NCBI GenBank assembly: GCA_028023455.1
Contig: JAQFVV010000007.1
Coordinates: 1,426,001 to 1,490,000 of the forward strand
Reading direction: 5' to 3'
DNA from: Epiperipatus broadwayi
Taxonomy: Eukaryota > Animalia > Onychophora
DNA length: 64,000 nucleotides
A program made the translations under genes and the position numbers. Below the pieces are notes generated by a model that had not been told where the DNA came from, did no database searches, and saw only the letters and a list, made by a program, of their open reading frames with translations. Position 1 is the first letter of the stretch; each line of letters starts with the position of its first letter. This document shows positions 23,731-38,000 of the stretch, piece after piece.

Positions 23731-25848
23731 TGCCGTTCTATATTCGTTTCACCTGGATTACATCCTGAAATTGATTCTAGGTCACATGCAAATATCTATA
23801 CCCAAGTTTGAACCTTAAAAATACTCCAAGAAATGTCTATAGAGGTGTCTGTATAAACACATATGGATATATTAACACCAGATAAAGATTAAAGTAATAG
23901 CTTTATAAATTTAATTTATAATTAACTCGATAACTCAAGCTTATTAAAATCACAGATATATGGGTGAATCATACATATCACCATGATACATTTGTATAGG
24001 ACATATTTTGTTATTTTGGTTATTTGATATAATTTATAAAATTGATTTCTAAATAGTTTGTAAAAAAGGAGTCACGCAATTCAAATCTGGTTGGGGATAG
24101 CGTATTAATTGATGTTTAAAAAAAATATTAAAACAATAGTTATTTGTCAAAACATATTCTATGTCAAAAATAAACATTTAACCAACTTTGTAAATTATTT
24201 TACTAAAATTGTATGTTTTAAAAAAAGAATACTTATCAATTTCAAAAGTAAAAGAATAGGTTGCTAACAAAATTATTTAAAATGTATAAATGGATTGAAT
24301 AATAAGATAAAGGAGGAAGTAGCATAGTACAGCTTCCAAAAAACTTGTAAAAACAAAAAATAGATTCTTGTTAACATCCTGCTGAAAATTAAACAAAAGA
24401 TGGGTTATTTTTATTTCTAAAATTATACGCATGGTGTGCTAATGGCTTATTTTGCTGTAAGGCAAAATTATACTACAGATGTATAAGTTAATTGAAGTCA
24501 TGTATATATATATAGCTCATCTTTTCTATGTATAAAAAAGAACTTCTAAATTTGGTAAATACTGTCTAACAAAATCCATGCAAGTTTGATGTGTAAAATG
24601 TCTGAGTATGAGAGCGAGAGTTGCTTTTCTCCAAGCTGGAGAATGGTGATCTCTTTCTTTGTCCTGCATGTTGAAAACATCAAGCTGCTATAATGATGGA
24701 AGAAGTCCTGTAAAGAACCTGCCATGCTGATGTCACCTGCATAGAAAGATAAGCTGCCTACCCTATAGAGAATGATTGCTACTCTACATATAGCCAAGAA
24801 TTGAAGAAATCAACTAACATGCTCCTACATATTAATCAAAGATAAAATTCCTACTATCATAGCAAAGAATGCTAAAATGAACTTTAGAGGTCTAAGTCTA
24901 GAGCTATATCTATTTTATAAACCCTACTGAACGTTCAAATTAAATTTCCATCTCTGTAAAACCTTTAATTTTGTTTAAAATCTGAAATTGCGAACTTGTG
25001 GTTCTTTTATCAAACTGTAATTAATCTTTATTTTCATGCTAGCGGTGATATCTATTATTGTCTTTACAAGTTTCTAGTTATTAAAATTTCTTACCAATTC
25101 ATATTATAATGTGTCAAATGCCATTCGAAATAGTGAGCGTATTAAATATCTTAAGTTTAAGGGGAAGATATTAATAATTATATATTCGATTTTATAATTA
25201 TAGAATAATGTTTAGTTATTCAAATCCTTCTCGCTATTGTGAAATTATATGGCTTGGTTATAATCTTTAATTACCCTAAAATTGTTATTATGGTTTGTAT
25301 TGTTCTATGATATAGAGTCCAATTCATTCCATAATAAGTAATTATTCTAGTTATAAGCCAACTCTATGTTGTAAAGTATAATCTATGAAGATTATTTTAA
25401 CAAATAAACGTAATTCTAACCGTAGAGATATAATATAATGTACATTTGATAATTAATAATTAATGTTAATACCCCTTGAAATGTATATAGCCATTATTAA
25501 ATTATGATTTATACATCTTTTAGAGTTGATAATTATGTCCAAATATTAAAGGCTTGTCTTAGATAATCAGCAACATTAATGCTGTAATATATTACACATG
25601 CCTGCTGTTATTATACGTAAACCTTAGTCTTTTAGAAAATCTCAGTAGGGGTTGAAAATCATTTGGCACATTACATTGTCATAAATATCAATCACTCATA
25701 AAGCATGCTGGTTATTAGATGTACATGAATTGACACTGTACGTAATAATTGATTAGACTTGTCTAATTGTATAACACATGGTGGTGTTAAACTAACAATA
25801 CTTTGATCATTAGTTTAATGTAATCTGTAGTATCTGATGTTAACCATT
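23731..25848 (+). repeat. 5' LTR (at least 2.1 kb; may extend to ~26550) of the outer element
   Basis: Colinear with 38491-40577 and visibly more diverged than the inner LTR pair. Confidence 0.8.
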
Positions 25849-27111
25849 ATAAATTATAATAATCTCTTCTCCATTATCTATCTTACCATACTCTAATCCA
25901 TTAGTTAAAATGAAATTTATGAAGTAGGTTATTTATGACATTTATTCTACCAGCTTATTTATTAAAATTATTTTGTCATTTGTTTCTTAAGTCCATTAAT
26001 GATATTTATGGTAGTTAAATTTAATAGTCTCATGCTTCTCCTTGTTCAGTGGATTGGATTAAATAGAAATTATGTATCGTAGGAAGCGTTGTTCATAGGA
26101 TATTAAATCACGGAGCACAGGTATATAGGTTGGAGCGTGGTTCGAGATGGGATCCCTGTCCCATCTAGATCAGGTTTAGCATATTTGGCTTGGACTCTGA
26201 GTTTTGTTGAGTGAATATACAATTCTGACCATTACGTAGGTTTTTTTTTTCTTACCCGATTCAGGAGCAACAACAGAGAGACCATCATAGCACATATCCA
26301 TACTTCCCTGAGTTTCACATGCAATTTTCCTGGGTTATGTATATGTGAACTTATGTATGGTGCTTAAGTAAAATATTTTGATTCAGATAACGCATCAAGT
26401 GGTGCTAAAAGTAAGCAGGTCCACATTGTATGAACTTTGGATGTAAATGTTTTAATATTGTGGGTTAATGCAATGTTTTATACAGTATTATGTGTAATAG
26501 CTTTATTACTGATGACATGGTGCCCAGAAATGGCTTGAATAGGGCGTAAGTCATCTTCAATAAAAATTTTGTCAACGGGGTACACAAATTTAAAAAGAGG
26601 GTACCCATTACATAAATTATTAATGTTTAGAATTGTGACTGGATTCGGGTAATGGAGACAATAATATGAGATAGTTATTTGTATGCTTAATAAAATAAAA
26701 TGACTATGGTAGGGGAAAAAATGAATATAATCCTGGATCTAGTAAATTTTACAGGAATTGGGAAACAGTCAACAAAAAGAGAAGAAACAAGAAAGCACCA
26801 GGGTAAAAGTTTTTGCTCATTTTTTTTATATATGATGATTATTGTTTGAGTTTATACATATAAAATGTAGTATGCATGATAGGATGAAATGTGGGAATAA
26901 GAACAGAAAAGGGATAGGATGGGATAGATAACGCAGTGGGTTCTAGTAATAAAACGGGATAATTGAAGATGGCCAGTGAAGGGTATAGGAAGATAGCACA
27001 TTGCTGTATTGTCAAATACTTTAATAAGTAATTTCTTAAAACCCTTACCATTTAAAAGAGCAAAAAAAAATAAGGAAAATAGGAAGGGAACCTAGGATTG
27101 GTAATAATACC

Positions 27112-27516
27112 ATGAATAGCAGTACAGAAGAAGAGGTAGAGGGAAGAGAAAGTGTAAACCCATGTGTAGAGAGTGAAATGATTGAAAGTCCAGTATACTT
27201 TAAGGAGCCATCTAGGTTACTCCACAAGGACGTGCCAGTATGGGAAATAAGAAGAGATAGTGAGGATTTGAACATAGCCTTGCAAGAAATGATGAAAAGG
27301 ACAACCATAGAGATGAAGGCTAGAAACCAAAAAAATATTTTGAAGATGGAGGCTAGGAACCAACAGAATATTTTGGACATGGAGGCGAGATTAGATGTTA
27401 AAGATCAACAAAAGACCTTGGATATGGAAGTGAGATTAGAGGTTAAAAATCAACAAAAGATCTTGGATATGGAGGCAAGATTAGAGATTAAACATCAACA
27501 AAAGATATTGGACATG
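27112..27516 (+). pseudogene. Outer element gag-like ORF, 5' part (15-aa tandem repeats), interrupted by the nested element
   Basis: MNSSTEEEVEG...(DMEARLE.K.QQKIL)n; the repeat resumes at 36242 (MEARLEAKYQ). Confidence 0.75.
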
Positions 27517-30516
27517 TGAAACGATAACTTTCCAAGCCCCTATCATTTCACCATCAAAACTAATGACACACTCATCTGTGCTAAGTTCGAACCTATTTAA
27601 TATTAATAAATTTAAAATTACCTCATGTCCGTCAAAACAGTATTATATATTTACGTGCGAACCAACACTATAATTAGATAGGATTAGGAAAATTATAGCG
27701 TACTAAATTTACTTAATATTTCTAAAAATGTTCGTTATATTATTTAAGTTAAGAATAAATTATTAATTTTGTTGTTTGATATTGTAATTTCATATGTGGA
27801 TATATAATCTGTGCTATATAAAAGAAAGACATGATTTTAAAATATGTAAAAGCCGTTATCTAAAAATAATATTAAATGTTTCTTTAAAAATTGTTAAAAG
27901 ATTTCTTGTTTTAAGTATATTTCAGGGAAAGGTTTCTCGAAAATATATTTAAAAGCTATATCAAAATATGTTTGTAATTTATTTTAAAAAAATATGTTAA
28001 AAATGTTTTCGTTTTAAAAAAATGTTAAAAGGTTGTTTTTAATGTAAGATAAAAATAAAAGCTGGTCAAGTAATTAAAAAGATTTTTGATTGTAAACAAG
28101 TGTCATTAACGACCACACCTGGAATCCGTAAAGAGTAAAACTAGTTCAAAATTTACTAATTAAAATCTCCTTAGATAAGATTAAGTTATTTTAAAATCTA
28201 AATTGGACAATTGTTTGCAACGAAAAATCTTAATTATAATAATAGCTTATGGAATGTTTCTAACATAAGTTATCTAAGATCTGGATTATAAATTGGAAAA
28301 ATATTTAATTAAATTCCTGAGTTTAGTGAGTCTTGAGGCGATAGATTCCGATAAGGAAAAGATATAAATACTCTGTATTTTTTTAACAAGAGATAGACAG
28401 ACATATTTTTAGAGAGAATTGCAGCCATCCTTCACAATTGTTAATGTATAATATGTCCGGCTAAAAGCGGGCATTTTGTTGCTGTTACTCCATGGGAGAA
28501 TGGGATTTCTGTCGTCGAAATGCCTAAACCACCATCATGCCGATAGAAGAGACAAGCCTAACATAATGGGAAAGATGATGCCACCAGCCGCCCAGTCAAA
28601 CTCACCAAACATACAGCCAAGAGCTTGCAGTCCAGATAAATAATACCGGTACCGTTTTATTTTTCAAACCGCAGAGCTCTGTGTAAATATATCTATATAA
28701 ATTAGCTAACTCTCTTTTTAAAATAATGATAAAGCTAAATGTAATCGAAACTTAAAATCCATTTAATATTTTAAATATGTCAATTCCTATCAAAATTTAA
28801 TGTTGTTAAAGTTTAAATAATCTGACTTATTTATATTTTCCATTCACTTCAAAGTAAATTATTTAGTTTAAAGTTATATCACTGCGGTTGTGTCTATATT
28901 TCTTTGCTTATTTTAATTAAATGCTTTTATAATTTATATGCCAATAATTTGAAACAGTGGGCACTTAATTTCATGTTTTTAAAAAGATATTATTTGAAAA
29001 TCTTCGCGTAATTTGTTTATAGCATCAACTTTCTGCGCTGTTTCGAAATCCTATTTTTTTTTTTATTATTTAAATGATTTAATATGTGAAATGTGGCTCT
29101 TTTCATCAACCATTTAAAAACTTAACCTTATAGTTTTATTTAAGAATTAAATTTAGCCTTGATCATATTTATAAGTATATTTGACATTTAAGTTCTTAAG
29201 TCCATAGAAATATACTTTCCCTCCTTAAATATTTATTATCTATAAGTAACTTAATAGATCGAGCATGTCAAAGTACAGATGTAGTAATATTCCCTTTCAT
29301 AGCATAGACATTTATTATCAGGCTATACAAGAGTTGGTCCCAATTTGATAGAGCTAATATGCTATTAACTCGTATTTCATAGTATGAAATATACTATTCT
29401 TTGCTTGGCGGATGTGATATATTATTTTATAAAATTATACTCGTTTTGCTGCTATACATAATATACGTATCTCAAGATGGAGCCACTGCGTTGCCAGCAC
29501 ATCTCTTATAGGGTAGAGCGGTAGCGAAGCCTGAGCCAAGGCCAGGTTAGCACGAAGTCCCCCGCCATTCCTGAACACAATGTTCCTTTTCACGCAGCAT
29601 GGCGATCGGTTACAGGGTACTGGCGTTTGTCGCAAGAACCCTGAAGTTATTTCATCCATCCGCAGAGCGATTTTTCCTATTATTGTTTACCTGTGCCATA
29701 GCGCATTGGTAAAATCTTATTTCAGCCAACTTTCCCACCTTAACATAACGCTTTCAGCATTCTGCATTTTCTCTCGAAAGCCATGTTCGATCGATCGTTA
29801 CTTGAGCTGGTTTATACGCTCGTTATTAAGTCATATTGTTTTTAGTAAATGAATTCATGATCAAAGTTCAATATAATTATTTATATAACAGCCACAAATG
29901 TAGTAGGATTTGGCTTAACTAGATTTATAGACATAACGTAGTGATTGATTATGTATTAATTGTAAAGCAACTCATAATATGGGCATATGTTAAACCCATG
30001 TATGAAAATTAAATGAAATTATTTATATAAAGCTATTTTGAATTGTATATAAAAAGAGAATGTGTTCTCTTATCCACCCAATGTTTGCGTACATTCGACG
30101 CTGAAATGTGTAAAACTTATCAATTTCATGCCAATTGCAAATAAATGTATAATTAGTTTAATGTATTTCGTTCTCTGTCTCGTTATTGATCTAATTCAAT
30201 CCAATTCTAATTACTATTTATAGTCTACATATGTGAAAACTATGCATTAAGTTAAATTAGTGATATATTTTAGTCACACCTCTCTTTTAATTATCAGTCT
30301 TATTGCGTCTCCGTGACCTATGTCGGCCGTGTAGAAAGAGATATACTACGTGTAATTTCAAGATGGTCATTCGTAGGGTCTTGAGTCCTGGAATCCTGGC
30401 TTACGAGTTGAAGTGTGGTCAGACTCGGGATGTTACAGTCCTAGTCTGGTCAGCTTTGGTCTCTTTTGCTTGGATTCAGTATTCTGTTACGCAAATGTAC
30501 AAACTTGACTGTTACA
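27517..30516 (+). repeat. 5' LTR (3000 bp) of the nested element
   Basis: Direct repeat of 33229-36241; 5 substitutions in the first ~165 bp. Confidence 0.95.
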
Positions 30517-31298
30517 TATGGTTTGTACGCCCAAAATCGTGGGGCCTGTAACTTATTTCCACCCCTGAGGAGATTATTGAGTATATAGATAAAATTCTTT
30601 TGTTCAAAATTAATGATTTTGAATTAATTTTTTCCGTTTTCCAAAATAATATATATGTATAGATTTTTTTTCCTGCGTATTGAACGTTAATTAATTCCAT
30701 ATTGTGAATAGATTATTTCATTATATAAAAATTATTTATATAGATACATAGTAGAATTTTAAGGGATTTATAATATATGCTGTGTAAACTATTCTTGCTC
30801 ACTGTGACTGACGCCCGAGGATGATTTGAATAAATGTCAAATCGTTTTCACATAAATTTTGTCATCAGGAGTGAAGAGAGAAATGGGGGGTTTATTATTT
30901 TGTTTTATGTTTTATGAATTGGATTGAACGAGAAAGAGAAGGAAATAAATGTAAGGTCAAATCAAGTCTTAAAGGTTCGAAACTAGCAGAGACATGTAAA
31001 TTAAATTATAACCATGAACCATAGAAAATTTAAAAAAGAAAAACAGCTGCAAGAGGCCAAGGGTGAGTTGCATTTTATAATTTATATATATATTAAATTT
31101 ATTTCACTGTTAGTTAAATGTTGGGTAGGCATCAAGCAAATGTATAGCGAGAAGTTAGGTGTATTAATAGAGTTAGACAGATCGTTGTGGAGTACAGCAA
31201 TTAGCCGAATTAATAAAGCAAACAAAAACCAAAAAACTTTAGTAAAAACGAATTGAGCCAGTAAAAAGAGAAAAAAATTTTGTTATTAGTATATTAAA

Positions 31299-32790
31299 AT
31301 GAATAATAGTACGGAAGAAGAAAGGGAAGTAATGAGTGAAGGGGAAGAAAGAAAAACAGGGAAAGAAGGAAAGTATAAGGGTATTATATTAAGATCGGGG
31401 AAAAAATTATGGAAGAGAGTAGCAGCACAGAGGGAGACATGGAAGGTGAAGCGAGTACGAGCCAGATTAGGGAAAAGGCATCTATACATCAAAGCGTGGC
31501 CATGTCAGAAGAGTCAGACACCATGGTAACTGAACAGAGACCTATAGAAGAAATTAAGAAAGACATGCTGGAATATGAACTCAATGATGGAGTCACTATT
31601 GAAGCAAATTAGACAGGATGCAGAAGAGAGAGATAGAAAAAGTAGACAGGATGCAGAAGAGAGAGATCATAGAAATAATCTAGAAATGGAACGATGTTTT
31701 GAAGCTTTGGGCAGACGATGCGAGGAAGGAACTGCACAAATCAGAAAAGACTTAGAAGAAATGCTGTGTAAAGGCCTGCAGGAAGTATCCTTTAGCTGCC
31801 AACAGAATTGTGAAAAAATACAGTTTGAATTCACAGAAATGCTGGATACAACCAGGACAGAAAATAAAAATGAAATGGTGAAAATTCAAGAGGAAATCAA
31901 GGCCATGGGGGAGCAGGTTGAGCATCAAGAAAAGGTTATAGGGAAGAAGTTCAATAAAATGGAGACAGATCTTAGCAGGAAGTTTCAGGAATATGAAGAC
32001 ACACATAGTGAGATCCGGGTTGAAATATATGAATTAAAAGAAGGCCTGGCTCATAGAAGTCAAGCAGCAGCCGAGGAAGAGAACAGTATAGCGGAATGTA
32101 TTCAAGAATTAAGAAAAGACCTCGCTGAAATGAAGGGAGCAAAGAAAGAAAGCATAGAAAACAGTTTAGCCATTAGTCACTTAGAAGAGAACCCGTCCAA
32201 AAGAAAAGTTGTATCAGTGGGGGAGTCTAAAGAGATTCTTAGAAAGGAGGAAAGCAATGTCAATGCAGAAAGCGTCATAAACAAAGGAAATGATCAGATA
32301 GCCACCCCAGATAGGAATGAGTTAGATGCAGAGACAATCGGACTGTATGGGAAGTACGAATCGAAGAGTACCATAAAGAACAAGAAAAAAAAGAAAAGAA
32401 AGGATCTATACACAAGTAAGAAGAAAGCAAGGCTGGGATGGACAGAGAGAAGGCAGGAGACAACCGCAGAGGTTCGCTAGGGGAAGAACAGAGGGAGAGA
32501 AAAAGAACTGATTCAAACCCTACTATTTGCAAATAACAGATCTGGAAAGCATCCAAAATATTTCCCTAGTTATGAAGGAGTAGACTTAAATAGTGGAACG
32601 GGTAACGAAATACCTTACGAAGGAAGCGAGTTTGCACAGAGTCTAGAAATGCACCCGGCACGACCGCCTGTGAGATGGGAAGACGAGTATGAGGGATATG
32701 GATGGACATCAGATGAAGAGGATGACGTTATATTCGGGTGCTGTTTTAAGTCAGATAAAGACGAGTTACTTAATGTACCACCAGATCCTA
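31299..32790 (+). pseudogene. Frameshifted gag-N-like acidic coiled-coil ORF of the nested element
   Basis: ORFs 31299-31529, 31409-31612 and 31575-32480, with an acidic tail to ~32790. Starts MNNSTEEE, like the outer gag (MNSSTEEE). No zinc knuckle, protease or RT motif seen. Confidence 0.65.
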
Positions 32791-33228
32791 TTTAGATAGA
32801 AAAAATACTTTTGTTAGGATCTACCTTCCCTTACCATTATATAGTTTATGAATTATTATATATATATAAATAAAAATAAAAAACAATTAACATCCCCATT
32901 GCATATTAATTGATGTATATCCAGTAGGATATAAAAGTTTGTTTAATGTAAATATTTGACAATATTCTATTTTGTGTGAATTGCTTTTAAACTTTTAATT
33001 TAGTCGTATATTTTTTTTTTGTAGTAGTGGATTGTTTAATTGTATGAAGTTCCTCGGTGTAGATTGTAGCAGGCAATTGGGTTTATATGTTTTTCATCTC
33101 TCTATGTGGGTAGCTTAATTGATTTAATATTATTAGTAAAAAAAAAAAAAGCCTAGAAAATTATTTAATAGCCAACTGTAAGTAAATTCCTTTTTTTTTG
33201 TTATTTTTTTGTCCCAAGAATTCGGATA

Positions 33229-36200
33229 TGAAACGATAACTTTCCAAGCCCCTATCGTTTCACCATCAAACCTAATGACACACTCATCTGTGCTAAGTTC
33301 GAACCTATTTAATATTAATAAATTTAAAATTAGCTCATGTCCGTCTAAACAGTATTATATATTTACGTGCGAACCAACGCTATAATTAGATAGGATTAGG
33401 AAAATTATAGCGTACTAAATTTACTTAATATTTCTAAAAATGTTCATTATATTATTTAAGTTAAGAGTAAATTATTAATTTTGTTGTTTGATATTGTAAT
33501 TTCGTATGTGGATATATAATCTGTGCTATATAAAAGAAAGACATGATTTTAAAATATGTAAAAGCCGTTACCTAAAAATAATATTAAATGTTTCTTTAAA
33601 AATTGTTAAAAGATTTCTTGTTTTAAATATATTTCAGGGAAAGGTTTCTCGAAAATGTATTTAAAAGCTATATCAAAATATGTTTGTAAATTATTTTAAA
33701 AAAATATGTTAAAAATGTTTTCGTTTTAAAAAAATGTTAAAAGGTTGTTTTTAATGTAAGATAAAAATAAAAGCTGGTCAAGTAATTAAAAAGATTTTTG
33801 ATTGTAAACAAGTGTCATTAACGACCACACCTGGAATCCGTATAAAGTAAAACTAGTTCAAAATTTACTAATTAAAATCTCCTTAGATAAGATTAAGTTA
33901 TTTTAAAATCTAAATTGGACAATTGTTTGCAACGAAAAATCTTAATTATAATAATAGCTTATGGAATGTTTCTAACATAAGTTATCTAAGATCTGGATTA
34001 TAAATTGAAAAATATTTAATTAAATTCCTGAGTTTAGTGAGTCTTGAGGCGATAGATTCCGATAAGGAAAAGATATAAATACTCTGTATTTTTTTAACAA
34101 GAGATAGACAGCCATATTTTTAGAGAGAATTGCAGCTATCCTTCACAACTGTTAATGTATAATATGTCCGGCTAAAAGCGGGCATTTTGTTGCTGTTACT
34201 CTGCGGGAGAACTGATTTCTGTCGTCAAAATGCCTAAACCACCATCATGCCGATAGAAGAGACAAGTCTAACATAATGGGAAAGATGATGCCACCAGCTG
34301 CCCAGTCAAACTCACTAAACACACAGCCAAGAACTTGCAGTCCAGATAAATAATACCGGTACCGTTTTATTTTTCAAACCGCAGAGCTCTGTGTAAATAT
34401 ATCTATATAAGTTAGCTAACTCTCTTTTTAAAATAATGATAAAGCTAAATGTAATCAAAACTTAAAATCCATTTAATATTTTAAATATGTCAATTCCTAT
34501 CAAAATTTAATGTTGTTAAAGTTTAAATAATCTGACTTATTTACATTTTCCATTCACTTCAAAGTAAATTATTTAGTTTAAAGTTATATCACTGTGTTTG
34601 TGTCTATATTTCTTTGCTTATTTTAATTAAATGCTTTTATAATTTATATGCCAATATTTCGAAACAGTGGGCACTGAATTTCATGTTTTTAGAAGATATT
34701 ATTTGAAAATCTTCGCGTAATTTGTTTATAGCATCAACTTTCTGCACTGTTTCGAAATCCTATTTTTTTTTTTTTATTTAAATGATTTAATATGTGAAAT
34801 GTGGCTCTTTTCATCAACCATTTAAAAACTTAACCTTATAGTTTTATTTAAGAATTAAATTTAGCCTTGATCGTATTTATAAGTATATTTGACATTTAAG
34901 TTCTTAAGTCCATAGAAATATACTTTCCCTCCTTAAATATTTATTATCTATAAGTAACTTAATAGATCGAGCATGTCAAAGTACAGATGTAGTAATATTC
35001 CCTTTCGTAGCATAGACATTTATTATCAGGCTATACAAGAGTTGGTTCCGATTTGATAGAGCTAATATGCTATTAATTCGTATTTCATAGTATGAAATAT
35101 ACTATTCTTTGCTTGGCGGATGTGATATATTATTTTATAAAATTATTCTCGTTTTGCTGCTATACGTAATATACGTATCTCAAGATGGAGCCACAGCATT
35201 GCCAGCACATCTTCTCTTATAGGGTAGAGCGGTAGCGAAGCCTGAGCCAAGGCCAGGTTAGCACGTAAATCCCCTGCCATTCCTGAACACAATGTTCCTT
35301 TTCACGCAGCATGGCGATCGGTTACAGGGTACCGGCGTTTGTCGCAAGAACCCTGAAGTTATTTTATCCATCCGCAGAGCGATTTTTCCTATTATTGTTT
35401 ACCTGTGCCATAGCGCATTGGTAAAATATTATTTCAGCCAACTCTCCCACCTTAACATAACACTTTCAGCATTCTGAATTTTCTCTCAAAAGCCATGTTC
35501 GATCGATCGTTACTTGAGCTGGTTTATGCACTTGTTATTAAGTCATATTGTTTTTAGTAAATGAATTCATGATCAAAGTTCAATATAATTATTTATATAA
35601 CAGCCACAAATGTAGTACGATTTGGCTTAACTAGATTTATAGACATAACGTAGTGATTGATTATGTATTAATTGTAAAGCAACTCATAATATGGGCATAT
35701 GTTAAACCCATGTATGAAAATTAAATGAAATTATTTATATAAAGCTATTTTGAATTATATATAAAAAGAGAATGTGTTCTCTTATCCACCCAATGTTTGC
35801 GTACATGCGACGCTGAAATGTGCAAAACTTATCAATTTCATGCCAATTGCAAATAAATGTATAATTAGTTTAATGTATTTCGTTCTCTGTCTCGTTATTG
35901 ATCTAATTCAATCCAATTCTAATTACTATTTATAGTCTATATATGTGAAAACTATGCATAAAGTTAAATTAAATTAGTGATATATTTTAGTCAATTAAGA
36001 ACCTCTCTTTTAATTATCAGAGTCTTATTGCGTCTCCGCGACCTATGTCGGCCGTGTGGAAAGAGGTATACTATGTGTAATTTCAAGATGGTCATTTGTA
36101 GGGTCTTGAGTCTTGGAATCCTGGCTTACGAGTTGAAGTGTGGTCGAACACAGGATGTTACAGTCCTAGTCTAGTCAGCTTCAGTCTCTTTTGCTTGGAT

Positions 36201-36241
36201 TCTGAATTCTGTTACGCGAATGTACAAACTTGACTGTTACA
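33229..36241 (+). repeat. 3' LTR (3013 bp) of the nested element
   Basis: TG...CA ends, followed by the TSD CATG. Confidence 0.95.
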
Positions 36242-38000
36242 CATGGAAGCAAGATTAGAGGCTAAATATCAATAGATCTTGGGACATGGAAGTGAAGTTA
36301 GAGGCTAGAGATCAAACGAATGAATAAATACTGTAGAGAAATCTGGAAGAAATAAAATCAGATTGTTAGAAAAGTTATGAAATAAGCCATAAATTGGGTT
36401 TCTGGAGGAAAATTTTGGAGAGGCCACCAAAGCCATACAGACATTATAAGAAGAGTTTGAAATAACTAGGGATAAAGTAGAAGGGCAGTAAATGATATTA
36501 AAAGACACGATAAAAGGAATTAAAGAAGATGTGGAAAGGAAACTAGAAGGGGACAGAGAGAAACAAGATCAGAAACTAAAGACATAGGAAGAAGTTATTA
36601 GAGATTTACAAGAGGCACAGGAAAAAATGAGAGGTCTGTATGAATTAAAAGAAAACTTAATACATGACAATAATGTTGCCAATCATGAAAGAATAGAGAT
36701 GATGGTCAGCATCCAGCAATTAAAGGAAAGGATAGAGAAAGCAAAAGAAAGAATGAAAAACACCCAGGGAGGAAATACAAATCCTATATGACAAATGGTG
36801 ATAAACCCATTAAAGAGGATGCTAAGTGGGAAAAAATGAATACCTAAAGTAATGTCAAGACATTAAGTGACTATACGGATTCTAAGGACAAAATAGGAAG
36901 CAGTTCTATTGTTGGAAGAATGGATAGTCAGTTACAAAGACTTCAAATCAAAGATAGTAAAAAGGCCATAGTCCAGAGTTATGTGTCCAGAAACCTAGAA
37001 GAGTGCACAGAGGATTAGTCTATTATGAAACAGCATGGACCAGACATGGGTTCAAATCCAAATATCTAAATTTATCCAGGTCAAGATTTTTAGAGGAAAC
37101 ACTGGGGAGAGTCAAAAGCTTGAAAAAGTTAATCCATTTCCACAAAACCGATCAGCAAACCAAATCGCCCTTGCAGTCTACTATTTGCAGGGTTATGCCA
37201 AATCATGATGGGATTACGAGATGGGAAAACTTCTCACTTTCAAAAGTATTGGTATGACCTTTTTAAAAGTTTTTGGAGTGAGAAGCGCCAGGACAGAATT
37301 TATCATGCCATCTTCCATGAATCATATGGTTCATCTGCCAAAGAAACACATACCCAATTTTTTATGAGGCAAGTTGCTTGGTTCCAATCCCTAATAGCCT
37401 TTGCATTCACAGATACCCAAATTATCCTTGCGATCCAGCAGAATATGCCACAATCAGTACAGATGATGACAGGCTGTAGAATAAAAAAACAAACTATCTG
37501 TTATATGGACAATGTCCTAATTGCCTCCCACAATTTACAGGAGCATCTAAAACATTTGGAAGAGTTCTTTCATGAATGCTCATAAAAAAATATGACTGTC
37601 AACCTAAGGAAGACCTTCCTTTTTGGACAGGTAGTAAAGGGCAAGGGGATTAAGGCATATCCTGATATAATAGATGCCAATGAGAATTTTCCATGCCAAC
37701 CCCTTATAAAAACACCTCTCCCATCTGGAAATGTAACCAATGACAGAGAAAGGGATATACATGACGTCAGGACTAATTTAGGATGAATGCCTAAAAGGAT
37801 AAGAGGAAGGTTCTCACACATCTTTGGAGTAGGAGATCATGTATGGATTCTATCTTCACAACTCAGTAATAAAAATCTTAGAGAATACAAATGCTTTTCA
37901 TTGTATAGGGGCTGTATATTATTAAAAGGAATTGTGATAACGCTTATGTGTTGGATGACAAGGGCACCCTGATAGGAATCTATAATGCATAAAGCCTCAA
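36242..38000 (+). pseudogene. Outer element gag 3' part with internally deleted pol remnants
   Basis: Coiled-coil, then gag FWSEKRQDRI...FFMRQVA (similar to the gag at 4822). Jumps directly to an RT YMD-N segment and then to the integrase tail. Confidence 0.7.

Larger units (their letters stand above)
27517..36241 (+). mobile_element. Nested non-autonomous LTR retroelement with 3.0-kb LTRs and no pol (LARD-like)
   Basis: LTRs 27517-30516 and 33229-36241 (TGAAAC...GTTACA), 4-bp TSD CATG (27513-27516, 36242-36245). The 2.7-kb interior carries only a coiled-coil ORF. Confidence 0.93.

Noticed and set aside
26505-26545. CTGATGA...GAAA hammerhead-like words (also a weaker set at ~30815-30845)
   Set aside because: Stem II is only 3 bp with extra unpaired bases, and there is no credible stem III/NUH or stem I.
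29580-29852. ORFs repeated in both 3-kb LTRs (29580/35292 and 30303/35977)
   Set aside because: Shared only because the LTRs are near-identical. The lengths differ through stops and there is no recognisable domain.
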